This document shows, piece after piece, positions 20,932-30,799 of a DNA stretch of 64,000 bases; the first letter of the stretch is position 1; each line of letters starts with the position of its first letter. Origin of the DNA: Armatimonadota bacterium (GTDB lineage: Bacteria; Armatimonadota; UBA5829; DSUL01); NCBI GenBank assembly GCA_039811685.1, contig JBDHZC010000007.1, positions 96,001 through 160,000 of the forward strand. Reading direction: 5' to 3'. The notes below the pieces were generated by a model. It had not been told where the DNA came from. It made no database searches and was given only the letters and a program-made list of their open reading frames with translations. The translations under genes and the position numbers were made by a program.

Positions 20932-22002
20932 ATGGCACACGCACACGGCAAACAGGCTTCCGTTCAGACGAACTATCCTCACCCGGAAGGGCACGGTGGG
21001 TGGCTCCACGGTGTCTTTGTCCACGACCACAAGCACGACCATGCGCTCAACGACTCACTTGCCAGCCACGAACGTGGAATCCGCGCGCTCAAGATTTCTC
21101 TCATCGGCCTTTTGCTCACAGCGACGCTGCAGACCGGCGTTGTCGCTATCTCCGGGTCTGCGGCCCTGCTGGCGGACACTATTCACAATTTTGTTGATGC
21201 CGCAACAAGCATCCCGCTGTGGGTCGCCTTCGCCCTGGCTCGCCGCAGCGCCAGCAAGCGCTTCACGTACGGTTATGGCAAAGCTGAGGATATGGCGGGC
21301 GTTGCTATCGTCCTGCTCATTTTCTCCTCGGCCTGCGCTGCGGCTTATGAGTCTATTCAGAAGATCATCCACCCCCTGCCTATGACCAACATCGGATGGG
21401 TCGCTGCGGCTGGAATTGTGGGTTTCGTTGGAAACGAAGCGGTCGCTCAGTTGCGGATGCGAGTCGGACGGGAGATAAGCTCGGCAGCGCTCATAGCTGA
21501 CGGACAGCATTCGCGCATTGACGGCCTCACAAGTCTGGCAGTCGTTGTCGGGGCGGCGGGCGCACGGCTCGGCTACGGAATCATTGACCCGCTCATCGGT
21601 CTGGTGATTACGATCTCGATTCTCGTCATCGCGGGGGAAACGGCCAAAGCCGTCTGGGGCCGCCTTGTGGACGCAATCGAACCCGAGATCGTGGCTCAGA
21701 TTGAAGAGTTGCCCCTTAAGGTACGAGGCGTCCAGGGAGTGCACGACGTGCGGGCGCGCTGGATGGGTCACAAAATTGTGGCAGACCTGCACATCACGGT
21801 GCATCCGTTTTTGACGGTGCAGGACTCACACGCCATAGCCGTGCAGGTGCGCGATTTTCTACGGGAGAAAATTACGCCGCTGGCAAGCGCTGTTGTGCAT
21901 GTCGATCCGGGGGACGAGCTAGCCGCACACCGGCTAACACGCGGGGAGCAGTGCCGGGGTTGCCTTGTGTGTACCGGATGTCAGGACGGCTCCGGTATCT
22001 GA
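20932..22002 (+). CDS. Cation diffusion facilitator (CDF) metal efflux protein
   Basis: His-rich N-terminus; SAALLADTIHN..D, FTYGYGKAED and ALIADGQH.RID motifs; dimerisation domain; Cys-rich tail. Confidence 0.92.
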   Translation: MAHAHGKQASVQTNYPHPEGHGGWLHGVFVHDHKHDHALNDSLASHERGIRALKISLIGLLLTATLQTGVVAISGSAALLADTIHNFVDAATSIPLWVAFALARRSASKRFTYGYGKAEDMAGVAIVLLIFSSACAAAYESIQKIIHPLPMTNIGWVAAAGIVGFVGNEAVAQLRMRVGREISSAALIADGQHSRIDGLTSLAVVVGAAGARLGYGIIDPLIGLVITISILVIAGETAKAVWGRLVDAIEPEIVAQIEELPLKVRGVQGVHDVRARWMGHKIVADLHITVHPFLTVQDSHAIAVQVRDFLREKITPLASAVVHVDPGDELAAHRLTRGEQCRGCLVCTGCQDGSGI

Positions 22003-22013
22003 AGTTGCACCAG

Positions 22014-23147
22014 CTACGTACGAGAGGCCGGACTCGAGCCTGTCCTTCTGGCTCCACGGGCAAAGGGCAGCGCGGCAACCACCCACAGAACCAGTGACAC
22101 AGCTGATCCGACCGTCAAGGCGCGATAAGCTCCGCGGCGGTCCAGCGCTCTGGTCAGGGTCGCGCTCTTGGCAAAATCTATAGAACCGATTGCCCGCCGA
22201 TCGTCAATAGTGCTTTGAGCCAACCTGAGCGCAAGGGTTGATTCAGCGTATTTGGGCTGCAGCGCGTCTACCTGCAGCTTCGCCGCTTCGTAGTCCGCCT
22301 TTAACTTCTTGTGTTCCATCGCCAGCGCAGGGATTTTCTCCAGCATCTTCTGAGCGCGAGCAAGATCTCTGGCGGCGGTGTCGTAACGAGACACGGCGTC
22401 TCTCTGGTCCTCCTGAGCCTGAGAAAGCCGCTGCTCAATCGGGCGCAGCAAAGACTGTGCGTCCGGTGACTGTTGTGATGAGTCCCCGGCGCCTGTACCA
22501 GCCTGCAGATAGGCAGAGACATCGGACTGCACGTCTTTCAGATCCTGTGCCCGGCGCGCTCGCTCAGCAACCAGATCAGCCGCCGCATCCCGCTGTTGCT
22601 TCAGCAGCATTACCTGGGACTTGGCCTGCTCGTAATCCAGAGGCAGCAGGACACCCGCCTGTTTGCGTTCAAAGTCTTTCAACTTTTCCGCAGCTTCACC
22701 GAGCTTTTTCTGAGTAGAGTCCAGCAAAACCGCTGTCGTATCCTGTTTTCGAAACGCGCCGACCTGATTGAGCACCAGCGCGCGGAGTAGCGTCAGGTCA
22801 GCTACCCTGTTGGCAAGCTCAACGGCTTCTTCGGCAGTAGCAGCGCGTCCCTGAAAGATTGCAGTTCTGGGGTTCGTTGCGGACACTTCCACGTGAAGCC
22901 GCTCCAGCAGCGCCGTCTGATCCAGCTTCAGATCGCTCGCCGCCTGCTTTGTCACAGGGCTGGATGTGGCCAGGTGAACAACGTCGAGGGCTGCAACAGG
23001 AGAGGACTTGGCAAGCAGCAGCCGCGCCGTAGCTCTGTAGCGGACGCCCGTGAGCTTGTGTGCCCCGTACCCAATAGCCGTCGCTCCAGAAATGACAAGC
23101 AACCCCAACAATAGCCACCATGTTCGCATCAAGCGGTTAAATAGCAT
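22014..23147 (-). CDS. Wzz/GumC-like chain-length determinant-type membrane protein
   Basis: N-terminal TM followed by YRATARLL, a long coiled coil and a C-terminal TM; no kinase domain. Start uncertain. Confidence 0.6.
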   Translation of the reverse strand: MLFNRLMRTWWLLLGLLVISGATAIGYGAHKLTGVRYRATARLLLAKSSPVAALDVVHLATSSPVTKQAASDLKLDQTALLERLHVEVSATNPRTAIFQGRAATAEEAVELANRVADLTLLRALVLNQVGAFRKQDTTAVLLDSTQKKLGEAAEKLKDFERKQAGVLLPLDYEQAKSQVMLLKQQRDAAADLVAERARRAQDLKDVQSDVSAYLQAGTGAGDSSQQSPDAQSLLRPIEQRLSQAQEDQRDAVSRYDTAARDLARAQKMLEKIPALAMEHKKLKADYEAAKLQVDALQPKYAESTLALRLAQSTIDDRRAIGSIDFAKSATLTRALDRRGAYRALTVGSAVSLVLWVVAALPFARGARRTGSSPASRT

Positions 23148-23437
23148 AGGCAAGCTCCCGAAATGACTCCCAGGTTCGCGGCATTGTACCACGATTGCAC
23201 TGTGATAGGAAGAATAGCTGGCGTTTGCGGACGGTTGTCTATCTCAGCCTCCGGCGCAGGACAGCCTGCGGGTATAACAAGGAGGAGGCGGGCAGACGGG
23301 ATGCCCTGAAAAGGAGCATGGTGAACGCTGGCGAAATGACGTCTGCGTCACATAACACGCAATCTGGGTGAGCCAGACACGTAGTGACAAGACGCACAGA
23401 CGAGTGAAGTACAACGAGAGAAACGGCGGAGGACAGG

Positions 23438-23710
23438 TTGATGGACGAAGAAATGGTGTCGATCTACACAGCGCGAGATGAGACTGAGGCGAAGATTGTC
23501 AAGAGCCTTCTGGAGGATGCGGGAATCGCGGTCTGGGAGAAGTCGGACTTTGCGCATACAGTGCACCCGTTCGCGGCGACTCTCAGCGACGAACAGCTCT
23601 GTGTACCGAAATCGCAGGCTGAAGAGGCGATTGCGCTGCTTGAAGATTATGAAAGCGAAGCAGAGACAGAGGACGCCTTTGAGTATCAGGAGGACGATGA
23701 GTTAGCCTGA
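23438..23710 (+). CDS. DUF2007-like small protein with acidic tail
   Basis: EA.IVKSLLE.AGI and L.VP....EEA pattern; GGAGG RBS. Confidence 0.75.
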   Translation: MMDEEMVSIYTARDETEAKIVKSLLEDAGIAVWEKSDFAHTVHPFAATLSDEQLCVPKSQAEEAIALLEDYESEAETEDAFEYQEDDELA

Positions 23711-23864
23711 GACGTGAGGAGTGCGCTGAAGGAAAACCACCGTCACTGGCGAAGGCCTCATGGTTAGGCGAGCAGACACCAGACCCGGAAAACTGGCAAT
23801 CGAGTCCCGGGGCGCTGAGTGTGCTGCGGGTCGCAACGGATAACGGAAAGGCTGGACTGAGACT

Positions 23865-24890
23865 TTGGCGGATAGCGACGTACGAATAGGGTTTGTTGGG
23901 TGCGGCGGCATTGGAAACGAGCACCTCAAGATATGGCAGAGGACACCGGGCGCGAAAGTCGTAGCCGTATGCGACGTTGTTCCAGAGCGCGCCGCGAAAG
24001 CTGCCGAATTGTACAGCGCTGAGGCTTTTACGGACTTGACGGAGATGCTCAAGAAGGCCGACATTGAGGCGGTTGACATCTGCACACCGTCCGGTCTGCA
24101 CGCAGAGCAGAGCACAGAGGCGCTTGAAGCGGGAAAGCATGCTCTGACAGAAAAGCCCATCGATATCAATCTCGACAGGATCGACAAACTCATCGCCACT
24201 GCCGACCGCACAGGATTGAAGCTGGCGTGCATCTTTCAGTATCGCTTCAGCCCCGAGATTCAGCGCGCTCATCAACTGATTCAGGGGGGACGGCTGGGCA
24301 GGCTTATCTCTGGAAGCACCTACATCAAATGGTTCCGGGCGCAGAGCTACTACTCCGCCGATGACTGGCGCGGAACGTACAGACTGGACGGCGGCGTACT
24401 GGGAAATCAGGGCATTCACAGCCTGGACCAGCTCTGCTGGATGGCCGGCCCGGTGGCCGAAGTTGACTATGCGTACATCGAGACCATTGAGCGGGACATC
24501 GAAGCTGAGACATTTGCGATAGCGGTCTGCCGGTTTGAAAGTGGAGCCAGAGGCGTTGTGGAGGGCACAACGAACTGCTTCCCCGGCTTTGGCACGCGCA
24601 CGGAGATCTTTGGGACCAAAGGCTCCGCTTCGTTTGACGGTAACACGGTAACCTCATTCCGGATTGAGGGCGAAGAGATCGACCTCACCACGAAACAGGA
24701 CAAAGACGGCGACGCTTCGAGCGATCCGTTGGCGCTGGGTCTGGGCGGGCATGCTGCCCAGATGCTGGACTTTGTGCAGGCGATTCGCCAGGATCGCGAC
24801 GTGCTGTGCAGTGGGCGCGACGCGCGTGTCGCTGTAGACTGTCTCAACAAGATTTATCAGAAGGCCGGAGCGCCTCCGCTCGGGGTGTGA
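23865..24890 (+). CDS. Gfo/Idh/MocA family oxidoreductase
   Basis: GCGGIG, ICTPSGLH, EKP and GGVLGNQGIH motifs. Confidence 0.92.
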   Translation: MADSDVRIGFVGCGGIGNEHLKIWQRTPGAKVVAVCDVVPERAAKAAELYSAEAFTDLTEMLKKADIEAVDICTPSGLHAEQSTEALEAGKHALTEKPIDINLDRIDKLIATADRTGLKLACIFQYRFSPEIQRAHQLIQGGRLGRLISGSTYIKWFRAQSYYSADDWRGTYRLDGGVLGNQGIHSLDQLCWMAGPVAEVDYAYIETIERDIEAETFAIAVCRFESGARGVVEGTTNCFPGFGTRTEIFGTKGSASFDGNTVTSFRIEGEEIDLTTKQDKDGDASSDPLALGLGGHAAQMLDFVQAIRQDRDVLCSGRDARVAVDCLNKIYQKAGAPPLGV

Positions 24891-24959
24891 GAGCAACCTA
24901 GTGAATGGGGTCTGAAGCCGGTCTGGACGGGATGAGAAGCGGATATTGAGCTTCCGGCG

Positions 24960-26225
24960 CTAAACGCCGGCGGCCCGCTCCGCTTCCTCACGCGCAATCG
25001 CCGACCACCGCTTCACCCTCGCCGGATCTCTCCCGATGGTGTGGGTGTCCTTCATAATGATCTCGACCACACAACCGTGGGCTTTCTCCAGCCTTGTCCG
25101 CAAATCACACCGGATGAAGTCTTCGTCGAAAGTCTCGGTAGCCAGCGCGACGGGGTTGGGCTTCATGGACATGATGTAGCGGTCCTGGAGGTTCTCCGCC
25201 ATCACGGCGACGTCCGACCAGGGCGACACGGAGACCCGGCGAAGATTTGGAATACGCTTTATAGCGTACCACCGGTTGTCCAGCGGCTCGCAGCAGCCGT
25301 AGCAGGACAGCCCGAAGCGCTCCAGAATGGGGAGTTGATAATCGAAGACAAACTCTTCAAACATGGCCGGACTCACGCCGACCGTCTCCTGACTTTCAGC
25401 CAGAATCCACAGGTCCTTCAGCCGAACCCGGCCCTGAAATCCTTCCGCCGGAAGCTCGTCCGTCCAGCCGAAGCCACCCGATCCGACATAATCGCCCTCG
25501 TTGTTCAAGCAGAGGAGACCGGCGCTTTCCAGAGCTTCCAGCCGCGCAAGATGCGCATCTCGCAGAAAGGCCATGATGCGATGCAGTCCGGTCGGGTTTT
25601 CGAGCATATCCAGCATCATCTGCTCCAGGCCGCGCAGGTGCACAAGCGGCAATGTCAGCCCGACGCTCCACTGCCAAGTATGGCGAAGCCGCACTCTCAG
25701 CAGCCCCTCGAAGGTCTCCCGCGCCAGATCCAGCATGTTTTCTGTCGCTTCGTGATCCACGCAAGCCAGCGAAGGGTGCAGCGAAGAGATGTCGTCCAGA
25801 TCCTTGACAGGGGCGTCCCACACGTACGATCCGCCGTGGCCTGAGTGTGTGTAGGTCTCCTGCGCACCGTAGCCCGTCTCGCTGTGGACGTAGCCGATAT
25901 TGAACACATCGCACGTGACGCGGTCGTCTCCCATTTCCGCGCCCCAGAAAATCTCCTGGCGCAGCCAGGTCTCCCACAAGCGGCCCTGATCCGTCTGACA
26001 CTCCAGCATCCCGGGCAGGATAATCTCGTTCCAGCCATTTTCGGGAGAGCAGAACACCAGAGGCCGGGTTTTCTGCAGCGCGTTATGCGCATGCCAGAGC
26101 TCGCGCTTTTCCTGCTCGACTGGCCTGTTGGCAAGCTCGCGCACACGCGCCGCCAGGCGCCGCAGCACATCCTGGTCGCCGCGTGTTAGTTGAGGTTGTG
26201 TCTGAGACGCCTGTGAAATGGACAT
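24960..26225 (-). CDS. Uroporphyrinogen decarboxylase/MtaA-like superfamily protein of unknown substrate
   Basis: LRGLEQMMLD..ENP, VSPAMFEEF and YGCCEPL motifs. Confidence 0.65.
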   Translation of the reverse strand: MSISQASQTQPQLTRGDQDVLRRLAARVRELANRPVEQEKRELWHAHNALQKTRPLVFCSPENGWNEIILPGMLECQTDQGRLWETWLRQEIFWGAEMGDDRVTCDVFNIGYVHSETGYGAQETYTHSGHGGSYVWDAPVKDLDDISSLHPSLACVDHEATENMLDLARETFEGLLRVRLRHTWQWSVGLTLPLVHLRGLEQMMLDMLENPTGLHRIMAFLRDAHLARLEALESAGLLCLNNEGDYVGSGGFGWTDELPAEGFQGRVRLKDLWILAESQETVGVSPAMFEEFVFDYQLPILERFGLSCYGCCEPLDNRWYAIKRIPNLRRVSVSPWSDVAVMAENLQDRYIMSMKPNPVALATETFDEDFIRCDLRTRLEKAHGCVVEIIMKDTHTIGRDPARVKRWSAIAREEAERAAGV

Positions 26226-26400
26226 TGTCAGTCTTTAGCTCCAGCAACTTGTGCTATGACGCGAGGCATTTATCCTGCTCAGCTTCTCTGCCCGCACGCC
26301 GCACGGCAACTGAGACTCCAGCATCCACCCTGACCCGGCAAAGCCCGGACTCGCCTGTCAGACCAGCGATATCCGGGCTTTGTCCTCTTCTCTGACCTGT

Positions 26401-26805
26401 CTAAATCTGGCCGGTATTCACCAGAGTAAGCATCACAACGTATAGCCCCATATACATTCCTGTCGCCCAGCGTGTGAGCGTGCGTCCGCGCAACGGCTCG
26501 ATACGTCTGTAGCGTTCACAGACCACAACAAAGGGTGTGAAGCTCACGAGTTTGGCTACCAGAAAGTGCAGTGGACTGTGACTCAAAAACCACGCCATCA
26601 CAGGATTGTATTCCGTTGCCAGTCCCGTGTGAACGAGCATCAGTGTGGACACAGCGTCCGCAACGCAAAACAACACCAGAATCCAAGACTCATAACACAA
26701 ACCCAGCCACTCCCCGGCGTCAGCGGCGCCGGCAAGCGCGACCGCGGATCTCTTGTCGTCAGCGTGACGGTAGTCAGGGCGCGGGGGTTGTCTGTCTTGA
26801 GGCAA
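26401..26805 (-). CDS. Small membrane protein (DUF5658-like)
   Basis: D..ST.....G.A.E.NP.M and F..AK pattern with three hydrophobic segments. Confidence 0.6.
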   Translation of the reverse strand: MPQDRQPPRPDYRHADDKRSAVALAGAADAGEWLGLCYESWILVLFCVADAVSTLMLVHTGLATEYNPVMAWFLSHSPLHFLVAKLVSFTPFVVVCERYRRIEPLRGRTLTRWATGMYMGLYVVMLTLVNTGQI

Positions 26806-26959
26806 GGGAGCTCCAATCTAGATTGTGGACGGATGTCCGAGCGAGAAGTCTCAGAAGATTGAGTCTGGTTGAGAGTGCGGAGGAGAGCATGCCGCCGAGA
26901 CTCACACAACGACAGCAGAAGATTCCGCTAGACTCATGTTACTGCCTGAGGGAGACTTT

Positions 26960-29041
26960 TCACACTGAGGAATGTACTGGAGTTGTCGCCCTGGCAGAGT
27001 GACGGGCTGGAGACAGTGCGCGCGCCTGGCGCGCCCGTTGCAGCTTCTCTCGGACTCCGTTCTGTAGAGCGCGAGCCTGGCTTTCCAGCTCCGGGTCAGT
27101 CAGGCCCGCGGCTTCCAGTACCGGGCGAAGCTCCTTCAGAGAGGCGAAGTAGCGACTGAGTAACTCATCCGCCTGCTTCCACTGAGAAGTGGCGGCGGAC
27201 ATGTCGCCTGAGTCCTGGAGCTGGTCACCCCGGCGCGCATGCGCCCAGGCGTACGCCGGATCAACCATCTCTGGCATGGCGCGCACCTGTCCGTAAGGCG
27301 CCTTCTCCAGATACAGCAGGCGGCTCCACAGCCCGTCAGCCTGCTTTCTGTGCCCCAGTTTTTCCAGAAGGAGCGCCTCTTCGAGCGTCAAACGGCTGGA
27401 GAGCGGGTCCAGCTTCCTGGCCTGCTGATAGGCCGCCAGCGCTTCGTTATCTCGGCCGTCGCGCAGATAAAGCTCCGCAAGAGAGCGGAATACCCGGGGA
27501 TTTGTCGGCTCCAGACGATGCAGACGCTCAATATCCTGCGGCCGGTCCTCAAGCTGGGCCGCTCGCAGCCGGACATTCACGTCCCAGGGCGCGATGCGCC
27601 CGGCGGTTCTCCAATCCTCCAGCGCCTGCGGCCAGTCCTCAGACGTCTCCATCGCCCGGGCGCCTTCGGCATAGAATGAGCTGTAGATGACCACTAACGC
27701 AAGGGCCAAAGTGAGCAGAGCAGCGGCTGCAGCAACCGCAGAGCCGTAGATACCGGCGCGAAGGGAGAGTTGCCTGTCCTCTCGCAGCGTCGCGCGCGCC
27801 AGCACCCCGGCCAGTGCGGAAGCCGCCAGGGCAATGGGCAGCGACCACCAGTCCGAGTCAAAAACACCGCGCACAGCCGTGCAAGCGCAGGCAGCCAGCG
27901 CTGCGCAGACAAACGGGGCGAGGTCTGCCTTGACTTTGCGTAACGCAAGAGCTCGCGCACTGGAGACTATCAGCGCGAGCCATGCCCCAAACAGCGCAAT
28001 GTCCCCGGGCCAGCCATACTCGGCCGCGCCCTGCAGATAGTTGGAGTGCGCCATACGCGTAAAACCGGCGACCGCATAGCCCGGAAGAGCGACATCAAAC
28101 GTACCCGGGCCAAAGCCGACTACGGGACGGGCATTAGCGGTGCGCATTGCGCCGATCCACGTAAGCTTCCGGAATGCAAAGCTGTGCCCCTCAGAGTGTG
28201 CGGCGACGGCCGACGGCTCCACGCGCCTGACAGTGGGACGTCCAAGCGCTGTGGCCAGCGCAATGGAAATGGCAAGCGACAGGCCAAGGCGAACCCAGAT
28301 AGCGGGCGAAAACAGTCTGACTAACGCAGCGAGCGCCCCGAAAACGGCCAGACCCACAGCCAGTGCCAGGACTCCGGCTCTGGCGCCAGTCAGGCCCAGC
28401 ACGGCAATCTGAAGCGCCAGGGCAAAACCCAGCCCCGCGACAGCCGCCCGTTCCTGTGCCTGAGCGATCAGCGCGAGAGTGACAGGTATCGTCAGAACGA
28501 GAAATCCTGCCAGATAACCCGGATTGAACATTGTAGAAAAGACGCGCCAGTCTGGCTCGCCCTGCCGGAAGTGCGCAGCGTATTCATTACCGCCAAGGAC
28601 GCTCACGACGATTGCGCCTGCTACAAGAGCAAACGCGCTCCAAAAGACCGGCCGGCGATCATCCGCAGAGTAGGCGACAGCGCAGAAGACAATGAGACTG
28701 CTGAGGAGATTCAGGTCGCGGACAAGCGTGCGTCCGAAGCTGACCGTACAAACCGAACTGAGCGCAACGAAGAGTATGCCCACCCCAGCAAGCCAGAACC
28801 CTGGCCACGTCCTCGCCTGAATTCGTCCGGAACGAAAGAAAGGCACAGCGCTTACAACAGCGCCCAGGACAAGAAGGGCATATACAGACATCTCTCTGTC
28901 CGTCTGCATTGTTCCAGCCCACAGGGGTGAGAGCGCCAGAGCCAGAGATGACACGCAGAGCATGGCAGCAGAGGTCAGCCGTCCAGACCCGATGCGCAAG
29001 TGAGTTGACCCTTGTTGCTCTACCTTCTTACGCGCAGCCAC
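26960..29041 (-). CDS. O-antigen ligase/Wzy_C family protein with C-terminal TPR repeats
   Basis: About 12 TM segments; NP.YLAG, TGARAG, R...W, GFGPGTF and AHSNYLQ...EYG motifs, then helical TPR-like repeats. Confidence 0.85.
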   Translation of the reverse strand: MAARKKVEQQGSTHLRIGSGRLTSAAMLCVSSLALALSPLWAGTMQTDREMSVYALLVLGAVVSAVPFFRSGRIQARTWPGFWLAGVGILFVALSSVCTVSFGRTLVRDLNLLSSLIVFCAVAYSADDRRPVFWSAFALVAGAIVVSVLGGNEYAAHFRQGEPDWRVFSTMFNPGYLAGFLVLTIPVTLALIAQAQERAAVAGLGFALALQIAVLGLTGARAGVLALAVGLAVFGALAALVRLFSPAIWVRLGLSLAISIALATALGRPTVRRVEPSAVAAHSEGHSFAFRKLTWIGAMRTANARPVVGFGPGTFDVALPGYAVAGFTRMAHSNYLQGAAEYGWPGDIALFGAWLALIVSSARALALRKVKADLAPFVCAALAACACTAVRGVFDSDWWSLPIALAASALAGVLARATLREDRQLSLRAGIYGSAVAAAAALLTLALALVVIYSSFYAEGARAMETSEDWPQALEDWRTAGRIAPWDVNVRLRAAQLEDRPQDIERLHRLEPTNPRVFRSLAELYLRDGRDNEALAAYQQARKLDPLSSRLTLEEALLLEKLGHRKQADGLWSRLLYLEKAPYGQVRAMPEMVDPAYAWAHARRGDQLQDSGDMSAATSQWKQADELLSRYFASLKELRPVLEAAGLTDPELESQARALQNGVREKLQRARQARALSPARHSARATTPVHSSV

Positions 29042-29958
29042 TTATGCCACTTATTCTTTGCAATAAAGTACGACGCTCTGAGTCCCAGACCCAGCGGAAC
29101 AATGAGGCGGTCCAGCAAGCCAGTCCCCTCCCAGTAGTGCCGTCTGAAGAAGATGTACATGCTTCTGTGGTGGTGGTAAATCATACGGTTAGGCGCCAGA
29201 TCACTTGCCCGCGCTTTGCGGTGCGTCACTTCCGCCTGTGCGCAAAACCAGACTGTCCACCCGGCCTGACGCGCGCGCCAGCAGATGTCAACATCTTCGA
29301 CATACATGTAGTAGACCTCTTCAAAGCCACCCATCTGCACCAGCGCCAAGCGTCGAATGAGCATGGCGCATCCACTCACCCAGTCCACCTCACGGCTATC
29401 GCGGTGATCCCAATCTGTCTGAAGGTAGTTGCGCACCGCAGGATTGTTGGGGAACAGCCTGCCCAGTACGCTGTGCCTGTACAGCCCGGCCGCCAGAGTT
29501 GGAAAACGCCGCGCGGAATGTTGCACGCTTCCATCCGGGTTGAGCACCCGCGGTCCGAAGATCGCGCTCTCAGGGTGCTGTTCAGCACATCCGATAAGGG
29601 CGACAATGGCAGCAGAGCTCAGGTGCGAATCGGGATTGAGAACAAAGACAAATCGCCCGCGCGACTGCTCAAATGCCCTGTTGTGCCCGGCTCCAAAGCC
29701 GAGATTGCGCTCCTGCGGGAGAATGCGCACAACTGGATAAGACTGCCGTACGGCCTCGACGGAGAAGTCATCTGAATGGTTATCCACTACGATGACTTCA
29801 CAGGAGTATCCGTCAATCTGAAACGCAGCTCCCGTATCTCTGGCGCGATCTTCGACGGGGACAAAGGAGCTGAGGCAATCCAGCAGATCCTGGCGCGTAT
29901 TCCAGTTTACTATGGAAACCGTGAGGTCCAGTTCAGATTCTTCGGGTATGTTAGCCAC
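29020..29958 (-). CDS. GT2 glycosyltransferase (WbbL-like)
   Basis: IVNWN, VVDNHS, NLGFGAGHN, LNPD, SGCAML and EDVD motifs; GTG start overlaps the upstream stop. Confidence 0.9.
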   Translation of the reverse strand: MANIPEESELDLTVSIVNWNTRQDLLDCLSSFVPVEDRARDTGAAFQIDGYSCEVIVVDNHSDDFSVEAVRQSYPVVRILPQERNLGFGAGHNRAFEQSRGRFVFVLNPDSHLSSAAIVALIGCAEQHPESAIFGPRVLNPDGSVQHSARRFPTLAAGLYRHSVLGRLFPNNPAVRNYLQTDWDHRDSREVDWVSGCAMLIRRLALVQMGGFEEVYYMYVEDVDICWRARQAGWTVWFCAQAEVTHRKARASDLAPNRMIYHHHRSMYIFFRRHYWEGTGLLDRLIVPLGLGLRASYFIAKNKWHKWLRVRR

Positions 29959-30799
29959 GTTGCGCTCTCGCCGTGCGCATCTTCCAGTTGACCCATGAGA
30001 TCGCCTTCCCAAGCCACAGGAGAGAGGAGCGGCCTTTGAGATCCTTGTTGTAGAACTTTACGAGGCCCAGATGCGACTCCCTCAGAATCCACGCGCCTGC
30101 GCTCTGCGTGCTGTGGCCACCCACGTGTGCGACTTTCGCCTCCGCAACGAACCACACCTCCCAACCCGCTTCTCTGGCTCGCCATGCCCAGTCCACATCG
30201 TTGAAGAGAATTGGAAACGCTTCATCAAAGCCGCCGATAATCTCCCACGCCGCGCGCGGCACAGCCCAGCAACTGGCCATCGGCTGGTCCACCTGGCGTG
30301 TGTGCAGATGGTCGAAGTATGTCATGCGGTATGCCCCGAAGATGCGGCTTTTCGGGAACAATCTCGGCAGCTTCAGCGCCGCCCACAACAAGCTCAGCGG
30401 CCATGGGAACTCTCTGCAGGAGCTTTGCACAGCGCCACCGGGAAGGATAAGCTGTGGCGCGGCAATGGCAGCGCACGGGTGGTTCATAAGGAAGTCGAGC
30501 AGTGTATCCAGCGCGCCTGGCGTCACCTGCGTGTCAGGATTTAGAAGGACAATGTAGTCTCCACGCGAATGTGAAAACGCCACATTGTTGCCCCGCGCAA
30601 AACCCAGATTCTCACTCTGCGCAAAGAAACGCACAGCAGGGAAGTCTTGCTGAAACGACGCGGCCTCGAAGTGCCCGGCATCATTATCAACGACGATGAC
30701 TTCATACTCTCCCGACGGCGGGTGCTGTTGGATGGACTCCAGCAACTTTCTCAAGAGCGCTGAAGAGCGCCAGTTAACGATGAGCATCGAGCAGCGCAC
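29951..30799 (-). CDS. GT2 glycosyltransferase (WbbL-like)
   Basis: LIVNW, VVDN, NLGFARGNN, LLNPD, GGFDE and NDVDW motifs; start uncertain. Confidence 0.9.
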   Translation of the reverse strand: MRCSMLIVNWRSSALLRKLLESIQQHPPSGEYEVIVVDNDAGHFEAASFQQDFPAVRFFAQSENLGFARGNNVAFSHSRGDYIVLLNPDTQVTPGALDTLLDFLMNHPCAAIAAPQLILPGGAVQSSCREFPWPLSLLWAALKLPRLFPKSRIFGAYRMTYFDHLHTRQVDQPMASCWAVPRAAWEIIGGFDEAFPILFNDVDWAWRAREAGWEVWFVAEAKVAHVGGHSTQSAGAWILRESHLGLVKFYNKDLKGRSSLLWLGKAISWVNWKMRTARAQRG

